Of a DNA stretch of 64,000 bases, positions 36,048 to 46,328 are shown piece by piece; positions within the stretch are counted from its first letter, which is position 1; the number at the start of each line of letters is the position of its first letter. The notes under the pieces are model-generated. The model did not search any database. It saw nothing but the letters and a program-made list of their open reading frames with translations, and had not been told where the DNA came from. Made by a program: the position numbers and the translations under genes. Origin of the DNA: Novakomyces olei (taxonomy: Eukaryota). Where the stretch lies: contig JADEYG010000007.1 in assembly GCA_016906335.1 (NCBI GenBank), forward strand, positions 62,001-126,000. Direction: 5' to 3'.

Positions 36048-37079
36048 CTATAGTTTACTGGGCCGAGCTTCCTTCTCTACAATTCGCACTATCCGATCAG
36101 CAACACCCCAGCTAAGCTCGTATCCACGTCCGCCAGCACCGTACCCGTGCACGATAACTTTCCCATCCAATGTATCCTCCTTCTCAATCCTCAACCCGCC
36201 TTTGCGCCAGGGCCGACGACCTACATTAACCCCAATAACATTGAATTTTGATACATCATCCACGAAATCAGGAAAGTTCCGAGCTGCTGCCTGCAAAAGC
36301 TCCATAGTCTCGTTCTCCCTGGGCTCTGTTCCAGGGTCACCAGGCTGCTTTGTGCCACCGACAACTGTGCCTCCTCCAAGGGGCCGGGGTATAAGGAAAG
36401 ACCAGGTATCATCCTTATTATGTCTCGTAACCGTTTGATGATAAGGATTAGATACTAAAACAGTCTGCCCGCGTATATACTCCATCTTGGAATCGGTGTC
36501 AAAGTTTCTGCCGGAGCAATTTATTATTATTTTCGCTTTGGGCACCAAAGCAAAGGCTTCAGTCAATGACGCAAGTTTTCTTTGCTTCACGACGCCATGA
36601 AACTGAGAAAGCAGATAGCGCAAGTACACGTGCACATTTATGACGTAACTCAGGTACTGACAGGCCCATACAGTTTCCGCCTTGATTACAGTAAAGTCCG
36701 GCAAAGACTTTGCTAATTCCGCCAGGTCGCCGCCGTTTTGTAATTGCTCTGCTACTGGCGGCACGTATTCTGCATACTCAACGCCAGGAACTGACCTGAC
36801 CCCTGATTGAGGCATTTTTGCAAAGGCATGCATTTTTTGGGAAGTAAATGCTGCCAATTTGTGTTCATCTTTTAGCTGTGCATCTTCGCCAAAAATTGGT
36901 CGAAAATGGGCGCCTGCCCACATTGAAGCATAGTCTGCCGACGGCCTTTGCTGTTTGAAGGGGAAAGACTGTGGCAGCTCGGCGGCAATTACGGTAATTT
37001 TGGAGCTGGGAATCCGCTCTTGCAGCGTTATGGCCGTGCTCAGACCGAGCACACCGGCTCCGACTATTACAATCTCCAT
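36048..37079 (-). CDS. D-amino-acid oxidase / D-aspartate oxidase family, peroxisomal
   Basis: IVIVGAGVLG, YASMWAGAH, RGQTVLV, GRRPWR, HGYGAGGRGYELSWG; C-terminal SKL (PTS1). Confidence 0.88.
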   Translation of the reverse strand: MEIVIVGAGVLGLSTAITLQERIPSSKITVIAAELPQSFPFKQQRPSADYASMWAGAHFRPIFGEDAQLKDEHKLAAFTSQKMHAFAKMPQSGVRSVPGVEYAEYVPPVAEQLQNGGDLAELAKSLPDFTVIKAETVWACQYLSYVINVHVYLRYLLSQFHGVVKQRKLASLTEAFALVPKAKIIINCSGRNFDTDSKMEYIRGQTVLVSNPYHQTVTRHNKDDTWSFLIPRPLGGGTVVGGTKQPGDPGTEPRENETMELLQAAARNFPDFVDDVSKFNVIGVNVGRRPWRKGGLRIEKEDTLDGKVIVHGYGAGGRGYELSWGVADRIVRIVEKEARPSKL

Positions 37080-37426
37080 TATTTGATCCTTTGCGCGTAG
37101 CAATGTTCGACCGTGTTATTATATGATGATTGGTTGATAGCGTATAACTTTACTTGGACCATTTTCAGATAACGTACGAGAGAATAAAAAGTAGCAAAAA
37201 AGTAGCGAGAAATTTGGGGAAAAAAAGTAAGAAAAAAATTGACCTGAAACTAATAGTGTCTACGTAGTATATTCGTCTATACGGAAACTGTGTACAATCC
37301 CCGTTCTATGCAATCTGCATGCAGCGTTTACAACGCTTCTGCTTTCTCTTCAATCGCGAATAATACGTGAAAAAACACTCGCACGAGGTTTTTTCAATCT
37401 TATATCGTCATGTGATCAGATACCAA

Positions 37427-37476
37427 AGGGGTTATAAGTGGGGGCCAGGGCCCGGTGGGGGTCAAGTGGGGGCCAG
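37427..37476 (+). promoter_or_regulatory. G-rich element with three GTGGGG (CreA/Mig1-type SYGGRG) sites and a 13-bp direct repeat aagtgggggccag
   Basis: gggg..aagtgggggccagggcccggtgggggtcaagtgggggccag in the DAO/2OG-oxygenase divergent intergenic region. Confidence 0.5.
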
Positions 37477-38448
37477 ATCGTCCCACAACTAAAGTCGGCG
37501 GGTGAGAGCTAAACCTGTCTCATTTAATAAACTTGTTATCGACTCTTCTGGTCTATATAACGTCGTGTTGAACAAAAGCGCCATGAACGATGCAGTCTTT
37601 ATTAGCTCTCTTTGCACAGAAGCATTGTTTACATTTTAAGTCTTATAATAAATTTGCATTCTGTGGATCATTGCTAGAAATTTACAAACGTTCTGAAGGA
37701 GAAGTACAACGCAGCATTATTTTATATGCATTGGCTCAGCCGTTTGGTCATTAACATTTAATAAAAGACGCCCATTTGTAGCCATTGCGATTTTCTTTTC
37801 GAGCATGGAGGTAAGCTTTAATCTAAAGAATAATATTGCATTAGACTTCAGCCATTTATTTGGCTGAATACGTTACTTATCTTTCACAACACGTGCCTAT
37901 ATTTTATAATATTAAATCATTAAGCGCCCACAAAACTTTACCTATAGAAGAGCATCCCGCATTTATCGCGTGGGCTTTGGCAAGTCAACGATCTGCTTGG
38001 CTTCAAGGCGCGTGTCAGAGATACACAAACATAGACTGCACTCAATACCAACCGTCAATATCAATGGAGCGGTTAACATTGAATCATTTATAAAGAATCA
38101 CGACACGCTGTATTGACAAAACCCTTTATTTTTTGGTGGCCCATTTCCTTTGGTGGGGTTAAATTGCAAATCCCGTATTCGCAATATTGGCAAAGAAAAA
38201 AATTATGGAATATTTATTATAATAATAGTGTATAATACAGATTGACTGACATTTGGCATTTGACACCTGACTCAAACGATAGAGCAAACGTTACAACTGA
38301 GCAGAAAAAGGGAGAGTAAAAAAAGCCAAGAGAAAAAGGGGCAAAAGAGCTTCACTATTGAAGCTCAGATCTAATCCTCCAAGTTTTTGGTGCCTTGTTC
38401 CGCCTCCACCATTAATCAACTACCCCACTTTTACACTTTATTGGAGCA

Positions 38449-39798
38449 ATGTCGTTTGACGCAATACCAATACTGAACTTGTCAGAAGCGCGCGATGCAA
38501 AAACAAAACCAGATTTTTTACAAAAATTACGCTATGCCTTGCTGCATGTCGGTTTTCTGTATATAAAAAACACCGGTGTAGAAGAGCCGCTGATTAAAGA
38601 GGTCGTGCAACAGGGAAAACAATTTTTTGACCTTCCAACAGAGAAAAAACTGGAGATTGAAATGAAAAATGCTCCAAGCTTCCTCGGATACAGCTGCCTC
38701 GGAATGGAAGTCACACGATTCAAAATTGATTGGCGTGAACAGTATGATTTGTCTACGCCCCATGCTCCCCGAAAAGAGACTGACCCCTTATACTACCATC
38801 TTTTAGGCCCTAATCAATACCCCGACCCCGAGTACTTGCCCAACTTCCGGAAAGTATACGACGAATATATGCGGCAAATGTCGGTAATGAGCCTCTATTT
38901 CACGAGCCTAATAGCCGAGTCTATCGGGCTGCCAGAAGATGCTTTCAACAAGTTTTTCGACAAAGGTCAACAACACAAGTTAAAGATAATAAAGTACCCT
39001 GATCTCGACGAACTTGGTATCGACAAGGACATGGAGACACAGGGCGTTGGTCCTCACAAAGATTCTATGCTGACTACGTATCTTTTGCAGGCTTCTCATC
39101 ACAAGGGTCTGCAAGTACAAAATCAGCATGGTGATTGGATCGATTGCCCACCGATTGATGGCACTTTTGTCGTTGCCATCGGCCAGGGTCTCGAGGCACT
39201 GACCAAGGGAGTTTGTCAGAGTACAACGCACCGTGTCCTCAGCCCGCCTCGCGGAAGCGGGCCAAGGTTCAGTATTCCGTTTTTCCAGGGCGTGAGTTAT
39301 GATGCCTCTTTTGAAAGTATGGATGTTCCACAAAGCGTTCTGGACCTGCGCAAAGACGTTTTGCAAAACACGGGGACGAGTAGTGTCGAGTCTACATTCA
39401 GTCAGGGCAAATGGGACCATTTAGGGTCAGCAACGCTATGGAATCGGATAAAGTCACATCCTGATGTTGGCGAGAAATGGGTATGCCGAGTCTTCACTTT
39501 GTACTATTTATATATATCTGTATATATATGCGCGCTTTTCCTGGAAATAATTTGTAAAATGCTAATACCGTTTAAAGTCTTATTTTGATCGTCATTATTG
39601 TCGTTTATTGTTAACCCCTTCTTTTTGTTTTGAGAAAAGTATTTTTCATCAGCACCACGCGCCTGGTTTTTGATTGCCGTCCATTTGTTGCATACTGACA
39701 CCCAGTTCCCTGGAATACTGGCCGATATCCGTCAACAGCAAGCAAAAGACGGAACTATCTCTGATGTCCCCACACGCAACAAGGCGGTCGCTGTTTGA
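38449..39798 (+). CDS. 2OG-Fe(II) oxygenase, isopenicillin-N-synthase/DIOX_N-like
   Basis: IPILNLS, VGFLYIKN, FFDLP..K, GVGPHKD (HxD), TTHRV, RFSIPFF; intron 39481-~39705, last exon ends TGA 39798. Confidence 0.88.
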
Positions 39799-39897
39799 AA
39801 TCCCCCCGCCAAAGAAATATTTTGGTTAAAACGCCTCCCGAAAACCAATCTAAATAAATACAAGTGAACATTCAGGCCGCCGTGTAAATGCAGAAAC

Positions 39898-39972
39898 AAA
39901 AAAATAAATAAAATAATAAAAATAAAAATAAAATAATAAAAATAAAAATAAAATAATAAAAATAAAAATAAA
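39898..39972 (+). repeat. AT-only (AAAAAT/AAT) microsatellite between convergent genes
   Basis: Directly visible aaaaat repeats. Confidence 0.9.
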
Positions 39973-40128
39973 ATCTAGATTGTGTATAAAAAGCCGTGTA
40001 TAAAAAACATGTATAGAACCAGATACAATCATGTGGATGCTGATCAGATGGGCGGTATACCAAATGGTCGTGAGAAAGAAGAGACCTGAGCCGCTGTTTT
40101 AAAAGAGCCATCAACGACCCAGCATATA

Positions 40129-41991
40129 TTAACCCAGAAACGGCTCTCCACAATCCATTTCCAGCATGCAATCGCGCCACCGCCGAGGCTCTCCCTGATC
40201 CCGGTACTGCCATGCGCGATAGATTATCTGATCAATCCGTTTCCAAGGCGCAATTTTTGCGCCTCGGCATAGTCTTCCAATGCGGTCCAGCACGCATGCT
40301 CTTTCCTTGCTCTGCTGTGGCGCCAGTAAAGATCCAGCTTCTAGCAGCGGCCACATTAGCGAGTTTGCGGACCCCGAGTCGGGAGAAACACGCTCCACTA
40401 AGGATATTATATTACTCGCTAGCCTGTCCATAATAACGCGTCTGCGTGACGTGCCCAACAGCCCATGAACGCAGTCGTAAAGGTGTAAAAGGGCAGTTTG
40501 TCTATAAATTTCAACCGTGGAACGGCAGTAGCTTTCCGGAGCGTTGCAGGGTTGGCTGTGTTGCGGTGCGGGGCGCCATTCGAGTAGCGCGTGCTCTAAT
40601 TCTGCACTTTTCACCAGAATGTTTGTGTCCAATTCAATGTCTGCTCTCAAAATTGAGCTCATTTGGCCAATAAGTGGGAATAGCGATTTAGCATAGCCCA
40701 TCAACACAGGGTTTTCTTCCCCGCCATCGTGCCAGCTGTCGTACAATTGCACAAAGGATTCATCTACAAAGGCGCTAATGTACTTTGATGTAAACATTGG
40801 AGAAAGTGCGTCGTGATAGACGAAAATATTGATCAGTGAACGGGCAACGCGGGTCATACTGGCCGGTTCTTGCATTCGGTGCAGTATTATCTGTCGTGCT
40901 GCGGCCAAGTGCGTTTCGCCGCAAGATATCCCCTCATCCCAAGCCTCACACAAGCAGAGCAATATTATACAGCATAAAGTCGCATCGGAGAACCGTTTAT
41001 GGTCGTCCGAAAGATCAGACTGGAGGTACTTTTGCGCCAGTTCCTGGTGGAAAATACTCTTCTCAGAACTGGAAAGCGTAGTGCTAATAATAGCACTCAT
41101 AGCTTGAACTGCATGATAGCAGCAGGAAGATTCACGTAAAAGGTCAAACAGTTCATTGCGGAAAACACTGCGGGGGTCGTCGTTGGCGGACATGAGCTGA
41201 CAGAAATGCTCAAGGTACCAGTTGAAAACAATATTGGTCTCGTCCAGCACCTGTTCCACAAAGCCATTACCCCGCTCCAGCTCCTCTTCGGACTCGTCAA
41301 AGTTATCGTGAAAGAGCTCGTGGAACAGCTTTGGGGCAGTAGTCAGGTAGGCCTGCTCTTCCGTCAGTATAAACGGCTCCTCACTAAAGCCGGCCGGCTT
41401 TTCTCCCCTCACAACTGAGCCAGACTGCCCTGTGAGTACGCCATACCCGTCTCGTTTGCCATTTAGCAATGCTTCCTCGGACTCTACTTTAAAGGGATTC
41501 CTTTTATTTTCCGGGCTTCCATTCGGGCTTCCATTCGGGTTTCCATTCGGGTTTCCACTCGGGTTTCCACTCGGGTTCCCACTCGGGTTCCCACTCGGGT
41601 TCCCACTCGGGTTCCCACTCGGGTTCCCATCCGCACTGGCCTTCTTCTCGGCTTCGTGTCCCGATCCGCATTGTCGGCTACTGCGTACCGCGTCTCCGTC
41701 AATGTCTATTGAAAGCAGCCGCTTGTGTACCCTTCTGCCGGGCTCTGTGTCACCGGCACCGGCACTGGCTCTCCGAGCGCGGTAGTCCTCTGCCTTGTGC
41801 ACTACAAAGTTACGTTGTTTGCCGGTTCCCTGCTGCTGCTTCCCTTCAGCAGCGGACTCGCAATGTAAATTGAGACGGAGGCACTGATGGCATACAGGCA
41901 GCTGCTCTCCGCATTTAACTTTTCGTCTTTTACACGTCACGCACCCGTTGCGGGAATAGTGTGAGCGTTTACGAGGCGGCACGAGGTCCAT
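40129..41991 (-). CDS. Zn(II)2Cys6 transcription factor with fungal-specific C-terminal domain
   Basis: SRNGCVTCKRRKVKCGEQLPVCHQCLRLNLHC; FVYHDAL, LMWPLLEAG, W..CM; intronless. Confidence 0.9.
   Translation of the reverse strand: MDLVPPRKRSHYSRNGCVTCKRRKVKCGEQLPVCHQCLRLNLHCESAAEGKQQQGTGKQRNFVVHKAEDYRARRASAGAGDTEPGRRVHKRLLSIDIDGDAVRSSRQCGSGHEAEKKASADGNPSGNPSGNPSGNPSGNPSGNPSGNPNGNPNGSPNGSPENKRNPFKVESEEALLNGKRDGYGVLTGQSGSVVRGEKPAGFSEEPFILTEEQAYLTTAPKLFHELFHDNFDESEEELERGNGFVEQVLDETNIVFNWYLEHFCQLMSANDDPRSVFRNELFDLLRESSCCYHAVQAMSAIISTTLSSSEKSIFHQELAQKYLQSDLSDDHKRFSDATLCCIILLCLCEAWDEGISCGETHLAAARQIILHRMQEPASMTRVARSLINIFVYHDALSPMFTSKYISAFVDESFVQLYDSWHDGGEENPVLMGYAKSLFPLIGQMSSILRADIELDTNILVKSAELEHALLEWRPAPQHSQPCNAPESYCRSTVEIYRQTALLHLYDCVHGLLGTSRRRVIMDRLASNIISLVERVSPDSGSANSLMWPLLEAGSLLAPQQSKERACVLDRIGRLCRGAKIAPWKRIDQIIYRAWQYRDQGEPRRWRDCMLEMDCGEPFLG
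41509..41628 (-). repeat. Coding 12-bp minisatellite encoding (GNPS)6(GNPN)2 GSPN GSPE
   Basis: Ten tandem 12-bp units (plus strand e.g. cgggttcccact). Confidence 0.95.
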
Positions 41992-42319
41992 TGCTGACAG
42001 CGCATACTCCCATTATTGTACGCACAAACGTGCGAATTGCCTTCCGCCTTGAACGCTTATTTAAGCTTAATCTCACGGGTTTTTAACAATTTGCTCTCGT
42101 CCTCCCCGGCGCAGTACGACGAGTATCGATCGCCTTTGGGCTAAGCCCAAAATCTGTGTGCTTACAGCATTCACTGTCCCCTCCCGGCAGTACAGTATCC
42201 GCCTAATCTGTTATCCCTTGCGAGCCAATCAGATGCGACGATAAGGACGTGCTGCTGGGACCTCCTAGTAATATACTTTATTTCGAGCTGCGGGACCAAT
42301 ATTACGTACACGTACATTT

Positions 42320-42962
42320 AGACAGGTATCCAGGTATACGGGTATATACAGGTATACAGATACAGGTTTATACAAGTTTATACAGGATTATACAGGTACA
42401 TACAGGTACATACAGGTACATACAGGTACATACAGGTACATACAGGTACATACAGGATTACAGGTTTATTACAGGTTTATTACAGGTTTATTACAGGTTT
42501 ATTACAGGTTTATTACAGGTTTATTACAGGTTTATTACAGGTTTACAGGTATATAGGTATACAGGATTATACAGGATTATACAGGATACAGGTTTATACA
42601 GGTTTATTGCAGGTTTATTACAGGTTTACAGGTATATAGGTATACAGGATTATACAGGATTATACAGGATACAGGTTTATACAGGTTTATTGCAGGTTTA
42701 TTACAGGTTTACAGGTATATAGGTATACAGGATTATACAGGATTATACAGGATACAGGTTTATACAGGTTTATTGCAGGTTTATTACAGGTTTATTACAG
42801 GTTTATTACAGGTTTATTACAGGTTTATTACGGGTTTATTACGGGTTTATTACGGGTTTATTACGGGTTTATTACGGGTTCATTACAGGTTTATTACAGG
42901 TTTATTACAGGTTTACAGGTTTACAGGTTTACAGGTATTTAGGTATACAGGTTTATACAGGG
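42320..42962 (+). repeat. Complex tandem repeat with ACAGG core (TTACAGGTTTA, TACAGGTACA, TACAGGATTA, TTACGGGTTTA units), telomere-like
   Basis: Directly visible; includes an 83-bp higher-order unit starting at 42541, 42624 and 42707. Confidence 0.95.
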
Positions 42963-43171
42963 TGTTTTTTGTGCTGCACCAGTTTGACAGCTGGATATGA
43001 ACATTAATATACATGTATGTAGTAGTGCACATCCCTTCACAAAGGTGGGGGGCCCATAGTATATCAGTACTGACATATAGAACTCTTGCCTCACTGGTTA
43101 AGCTTTACATGCTTTCTTGGTTGAAGTCGATAGCTGCTGAAAAATTGTGCCGTTTCAATTACTATGTTTAT

Positions 43172-43220
43172 TATGGTAGCCACGTCACTATGGTAGCAAC
43201 GTAACTATGGTAGCCACGTT
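43172..43220 (+). repeat. Three 17-bp tandem repeats TATGGTAGC(C/A)ACGT
   Basis: Copies start at 43172, 43189 and 43206. Confidence 0.9.
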
Positions 43221-43888
43221 GGATCGGGGCCAATATGATTTAATTGTAGAGAATATGCCGGGGTGGAATCCGACGTACTCACCGGGTGTTTAAGACCCGC
43301 GCCAAAAATCGCTATTCTGTTTGCTAAGCTGTAACACCAAGTCATCCGAGTGTGGCTGCTTGCGGGTTGGGTTATACATAGTTTTAGCTGCAGCTGCGTA
43401 ATTATGGCAAACTCTTTTATTTAATCATTTGCTCGTTTCAGTTGTACGCTGAAAGCAACAAATGTTTGGATGCACCTACAAAGTGCTACAATCGTTCAAG
43501 TCTCGTTATTCGTGCATCAAAACTGGAATTAGCAGCAACAGCGACCCGCAATGATGTAATTATAGTTGTCGGCTCGGATATCCCGAAAGGCAAGTCAGTC
43601 TCGGGCAAAAGATTCTAATTGTGTCTTTAATTAATTAATTCCTGAATTTTTAATTGCAAAGCTTTTGAACTTCCAGAAAGTAGACGTATATATTATTTAG
43701 TTTAATATAAATGGTCTGTAAAGTCTGTATTTTTACTGCAGTATGTGGCAAATATATTGTAATAATAGTGTATATTCGTCAGTGTAATAGGACGCACAAG
43801 AACCCCTATAAATCTAATCTAATCAATCATAAACGCAACCAGCCAAACGCGCCCCCGCAAGCAATCATTTCAAAGAGTGAAAAGCAAG

Positions 43889-45001
43889 TTAATCATAAAG
43901 TTGATTCACAGTGTTTTCAATCCACTGTGACTGCGCTTTGGCAAAAGCCGTAATGTTCTCGTGCTGGTCTTGATCGTCTCGCTTGAAATCAAGCGATTGC
44001 AGCCTCTCGCGCTCCAAACGGCATCGGTCTTCGAGCACCTTCAATCGATACTCGAGCCACTCACGGCCGAGAACGTCCATATCGGACGTCTCCTTCACAT
44101 TGTTCAGGTTGCTCATATCAAATACGCGCGGGTCACGGGGCCGGAAAGACGTGACGCACGTGATGCGCTCATTGCAATTTATAGCGCGCAGGGCAGCATG
44201 AGTCAAGCGAGAACCCTGCATAACCACAATACGGCCCAGTCCCGGCCCGGCGACATGGTGGATCGAGCCGTCTTTGCCCCGGACAGCGGTGGATCCTCCC
44301 TTCATACCTGTCGTATCGGACAGCATCAGAATGGCCACGTACGGGTACGAGTCCACGTGCCAATCGTCCACCTTGCGACTAGTGACGTCACCACCTTCGT
44401 CAGAGGCTTTTCCCTCTACACCAGCAGCCTTTTCGGTTCCTGAGGCCGCAGTGGACAGCGGACTCGATTGCTGCGGAAGACTGGGCGTGTCCCTGAGCTC
44501 GCGTAAGGAATCGAGGCCGGTGCTGCCGAGCTGAATATTGCAGTGGCCAATCTCGTAGTCGATAGTGGGCACCAAATCAATCCCAGCTGCGCGTGAAATT
44601 GCCTCAATAACGCGTGGGTGGGTCCACGCGTCGTACATAAAACGCGACTGCTTCTTCGCGTAACCGCGAACGACACACGGAGCACGTGACCAAGAGTACC
44701 TGTGGTTCTCCTGCACAGGCTCAGACAGAATATCGTTGCGCATAAGTCGGACTGCCTCTGGCGTGAATACTTGGAAGGGCGCTGTAGCTCCTACGGCACT
44801 TGTTCCGTCACGCTCGTCGTCATAGCCAAAGTCGCTCAAATGCTGAATGTAGGCTGGTTCCTGCAGGTCCAAATGCTTTGCCGGGTCAAACTGTACCGTT
44901 GTCAGCGCGTAGTCTGGACGGGCTGGTTCTGACGTCCACGGCTCAAGGACAGTATCGGTTTCTGTGGCTCCGGGAGCTCTCAGTGTCGCTGCTGTTGCCA
45001 T
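43889..45001 (-). CDS. Uncharacterised fungal 2OG-Fe(II) dioxygenase-like protein
   Basis: Intronless; WHVDSYP (HxD), GGST, MQG..LTHAA (distal His), ERITCVTSFR (2OG-binding Arg); first ATG 45001. Confidence 0.72.
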   Translation of the reverse strand: MATAATLRAPGATETDTVLEPWTSEPARPDYALTTVQFDPAKHLDLQEPAYIQHLSDFGYDDERDGTSAVGATAPFQVFTPEAVRLMRNDILSEPVQENHRYSWSRAPCVVRGYAKKQSRFMYDAWTHPRVIEAISRAAGIDLVPTIDYEIGHCNIQLGSTGLDSLRELRDTPSLPQQSSPLSTAASGTEKAAGVEGKASDEGGDVTSRKVDDWHVDSYPYVAILMLSDTTGMKGGSTAVRGKDGSIHHVAGPGLGRIVVMQGSRLTHAALRAINCNERITCVTSFRPRDPRVFDMSNLNNVKETSDMDVLGREWLEYRLKVLEDRCRLERERLQSLDFKRDDQDQHENITAFAKAQSQWIENTVNQLYD

Positions 45002-45864
45002 TGTTGCAGTCGATTTGTACAATGTGCGTCTTAGGACTAATGTTTTCTTTTTTAATGGACGAGCAGAGTAATGTTGAGGGGCTATTGAATAGTCTACGGC
45101 ATCTACATCGCATGGCCGCCTTTATATATCGCAAGACCCGTTTGCGAGCTGGCAATTTGCGGTCGGAATTCACAGCTGCCGCAACACTCTTCCCCATCTG
45201 GTAATTTCAGCTATCGTGGAGAGAAAACCCTGCTTTGCTGGCATATAATATCGGAATACGTGGGGTTAGATAAACGCCTTCTATTTACGTCTCCAATGTT
45301 GATAACGATAGATCTTGCTGGTAGTTATAAAATCCGATGAAATGGGTAAGATTTGTACTAGAAATGTTGTAGTAGTATTCTTTTCACTGGCAGCTCGGAA
45401 AAGACGCTTAAATTGGTAAATGCTTGGCTTTGTATATATATACACTTTTGTATACACTTTTATATATTCCGTATGATCTCATTCTTATCCGTGATCCACA
45501 GTTTATACTAGTATGGTATGAATTGACGGTTCAGGGCTGCTTAAGAAGCAGAAGTATGCATTTGCAGTGCATTTCTTACTGGTGACGGCAGAAAAGTGGG
45601 CTGGCAGAAAAGTTGGGGAGGCAGAATGAAGAGATCGAATGAAACACTGGCGCCTGTTTGCCTCTACAGTCTTTGAACGCAAACGGTTTCTATTTTGCAC
45701 TTCCAAAACTTGGGTCGTTGTTTTCTTGTTCAAATTTTGTCACTCGTCCAGCGAAACTGAAATTTGTTTTGAATTATTTTCCTTTTAAATCAAACCTTTT
45801 TTTGTACGTTCTGACAGATTGGAAGTTTGAACTCCGCAATTCGCCTTTTCATTGTGTGTTCAAT

Positions 45865-46328
45865 TTAGGCACCGTCCCTGGCGCGTTGGCCGGTGTAGAA
45901 TGCAAGTCCATAGTCAGGAGTGGTGAAGGTAATAGTGCAGCCCTTGGGGAAGTAAAATACGTCACCCGGCTTGGCCGTCACGGATTTGCCTGTTTCATCC
46001 GTGATGTTAAAGCTGCCTTCCAAGATGATTTTCATTTCATTGTATGTGTACCTAGTTTCAGCGTATTAGCAATAATGAAATGAGATGCTTGGTTTATTTC
46101 TTTTTCCTTCCAACTTACGGGTACACTAGAGCATCGCCCTTCTCGAGACGGTAGAATCCCGCAGAAATTGGTTTTTCCGAGTCGTTACTAAAACACATTA
46201 GGTTCTGCTTGTGTGCAAGACGCCAATCAGTGCACATACGAAGTCGACACATCTCCAAGGAATGCGTTGGCTTGGCCCAGCATAGGCGGCTTCACCGTCT
46301 GAGCTTGTTGGTAATAGTCCATAGGCAT
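45865..46328 (-). CDS. Small cupin, EutQ/DUF861-like (~114 aa); absent from the ORF track
   Basis: Exons 46328-46240, 46187-46119, 46051-45865 splice in frame: [52 protein letters not shown]. Confidence 0.85.

Noticed and set aside
39850-40213. Phe/Ile/Tyr-rich ORFs
   Set aside because: Read-through of the AAAAAT microsatellite
42249-43000. 157-aa and 75-aa ORFs with YRFITGLLQV repeats
   Set aside because: Translations of the non-coding tandem array; non-ATG starts and no domain signal
42320-43220. Possible CRISPR array
   Set aside because: No unique spacers and no cas genes; eukaryotic context
43961-45204. Long antisense ORFs over GC-rich genes
   Set aside because: Shadow ORFs of real genes on the opposite strand
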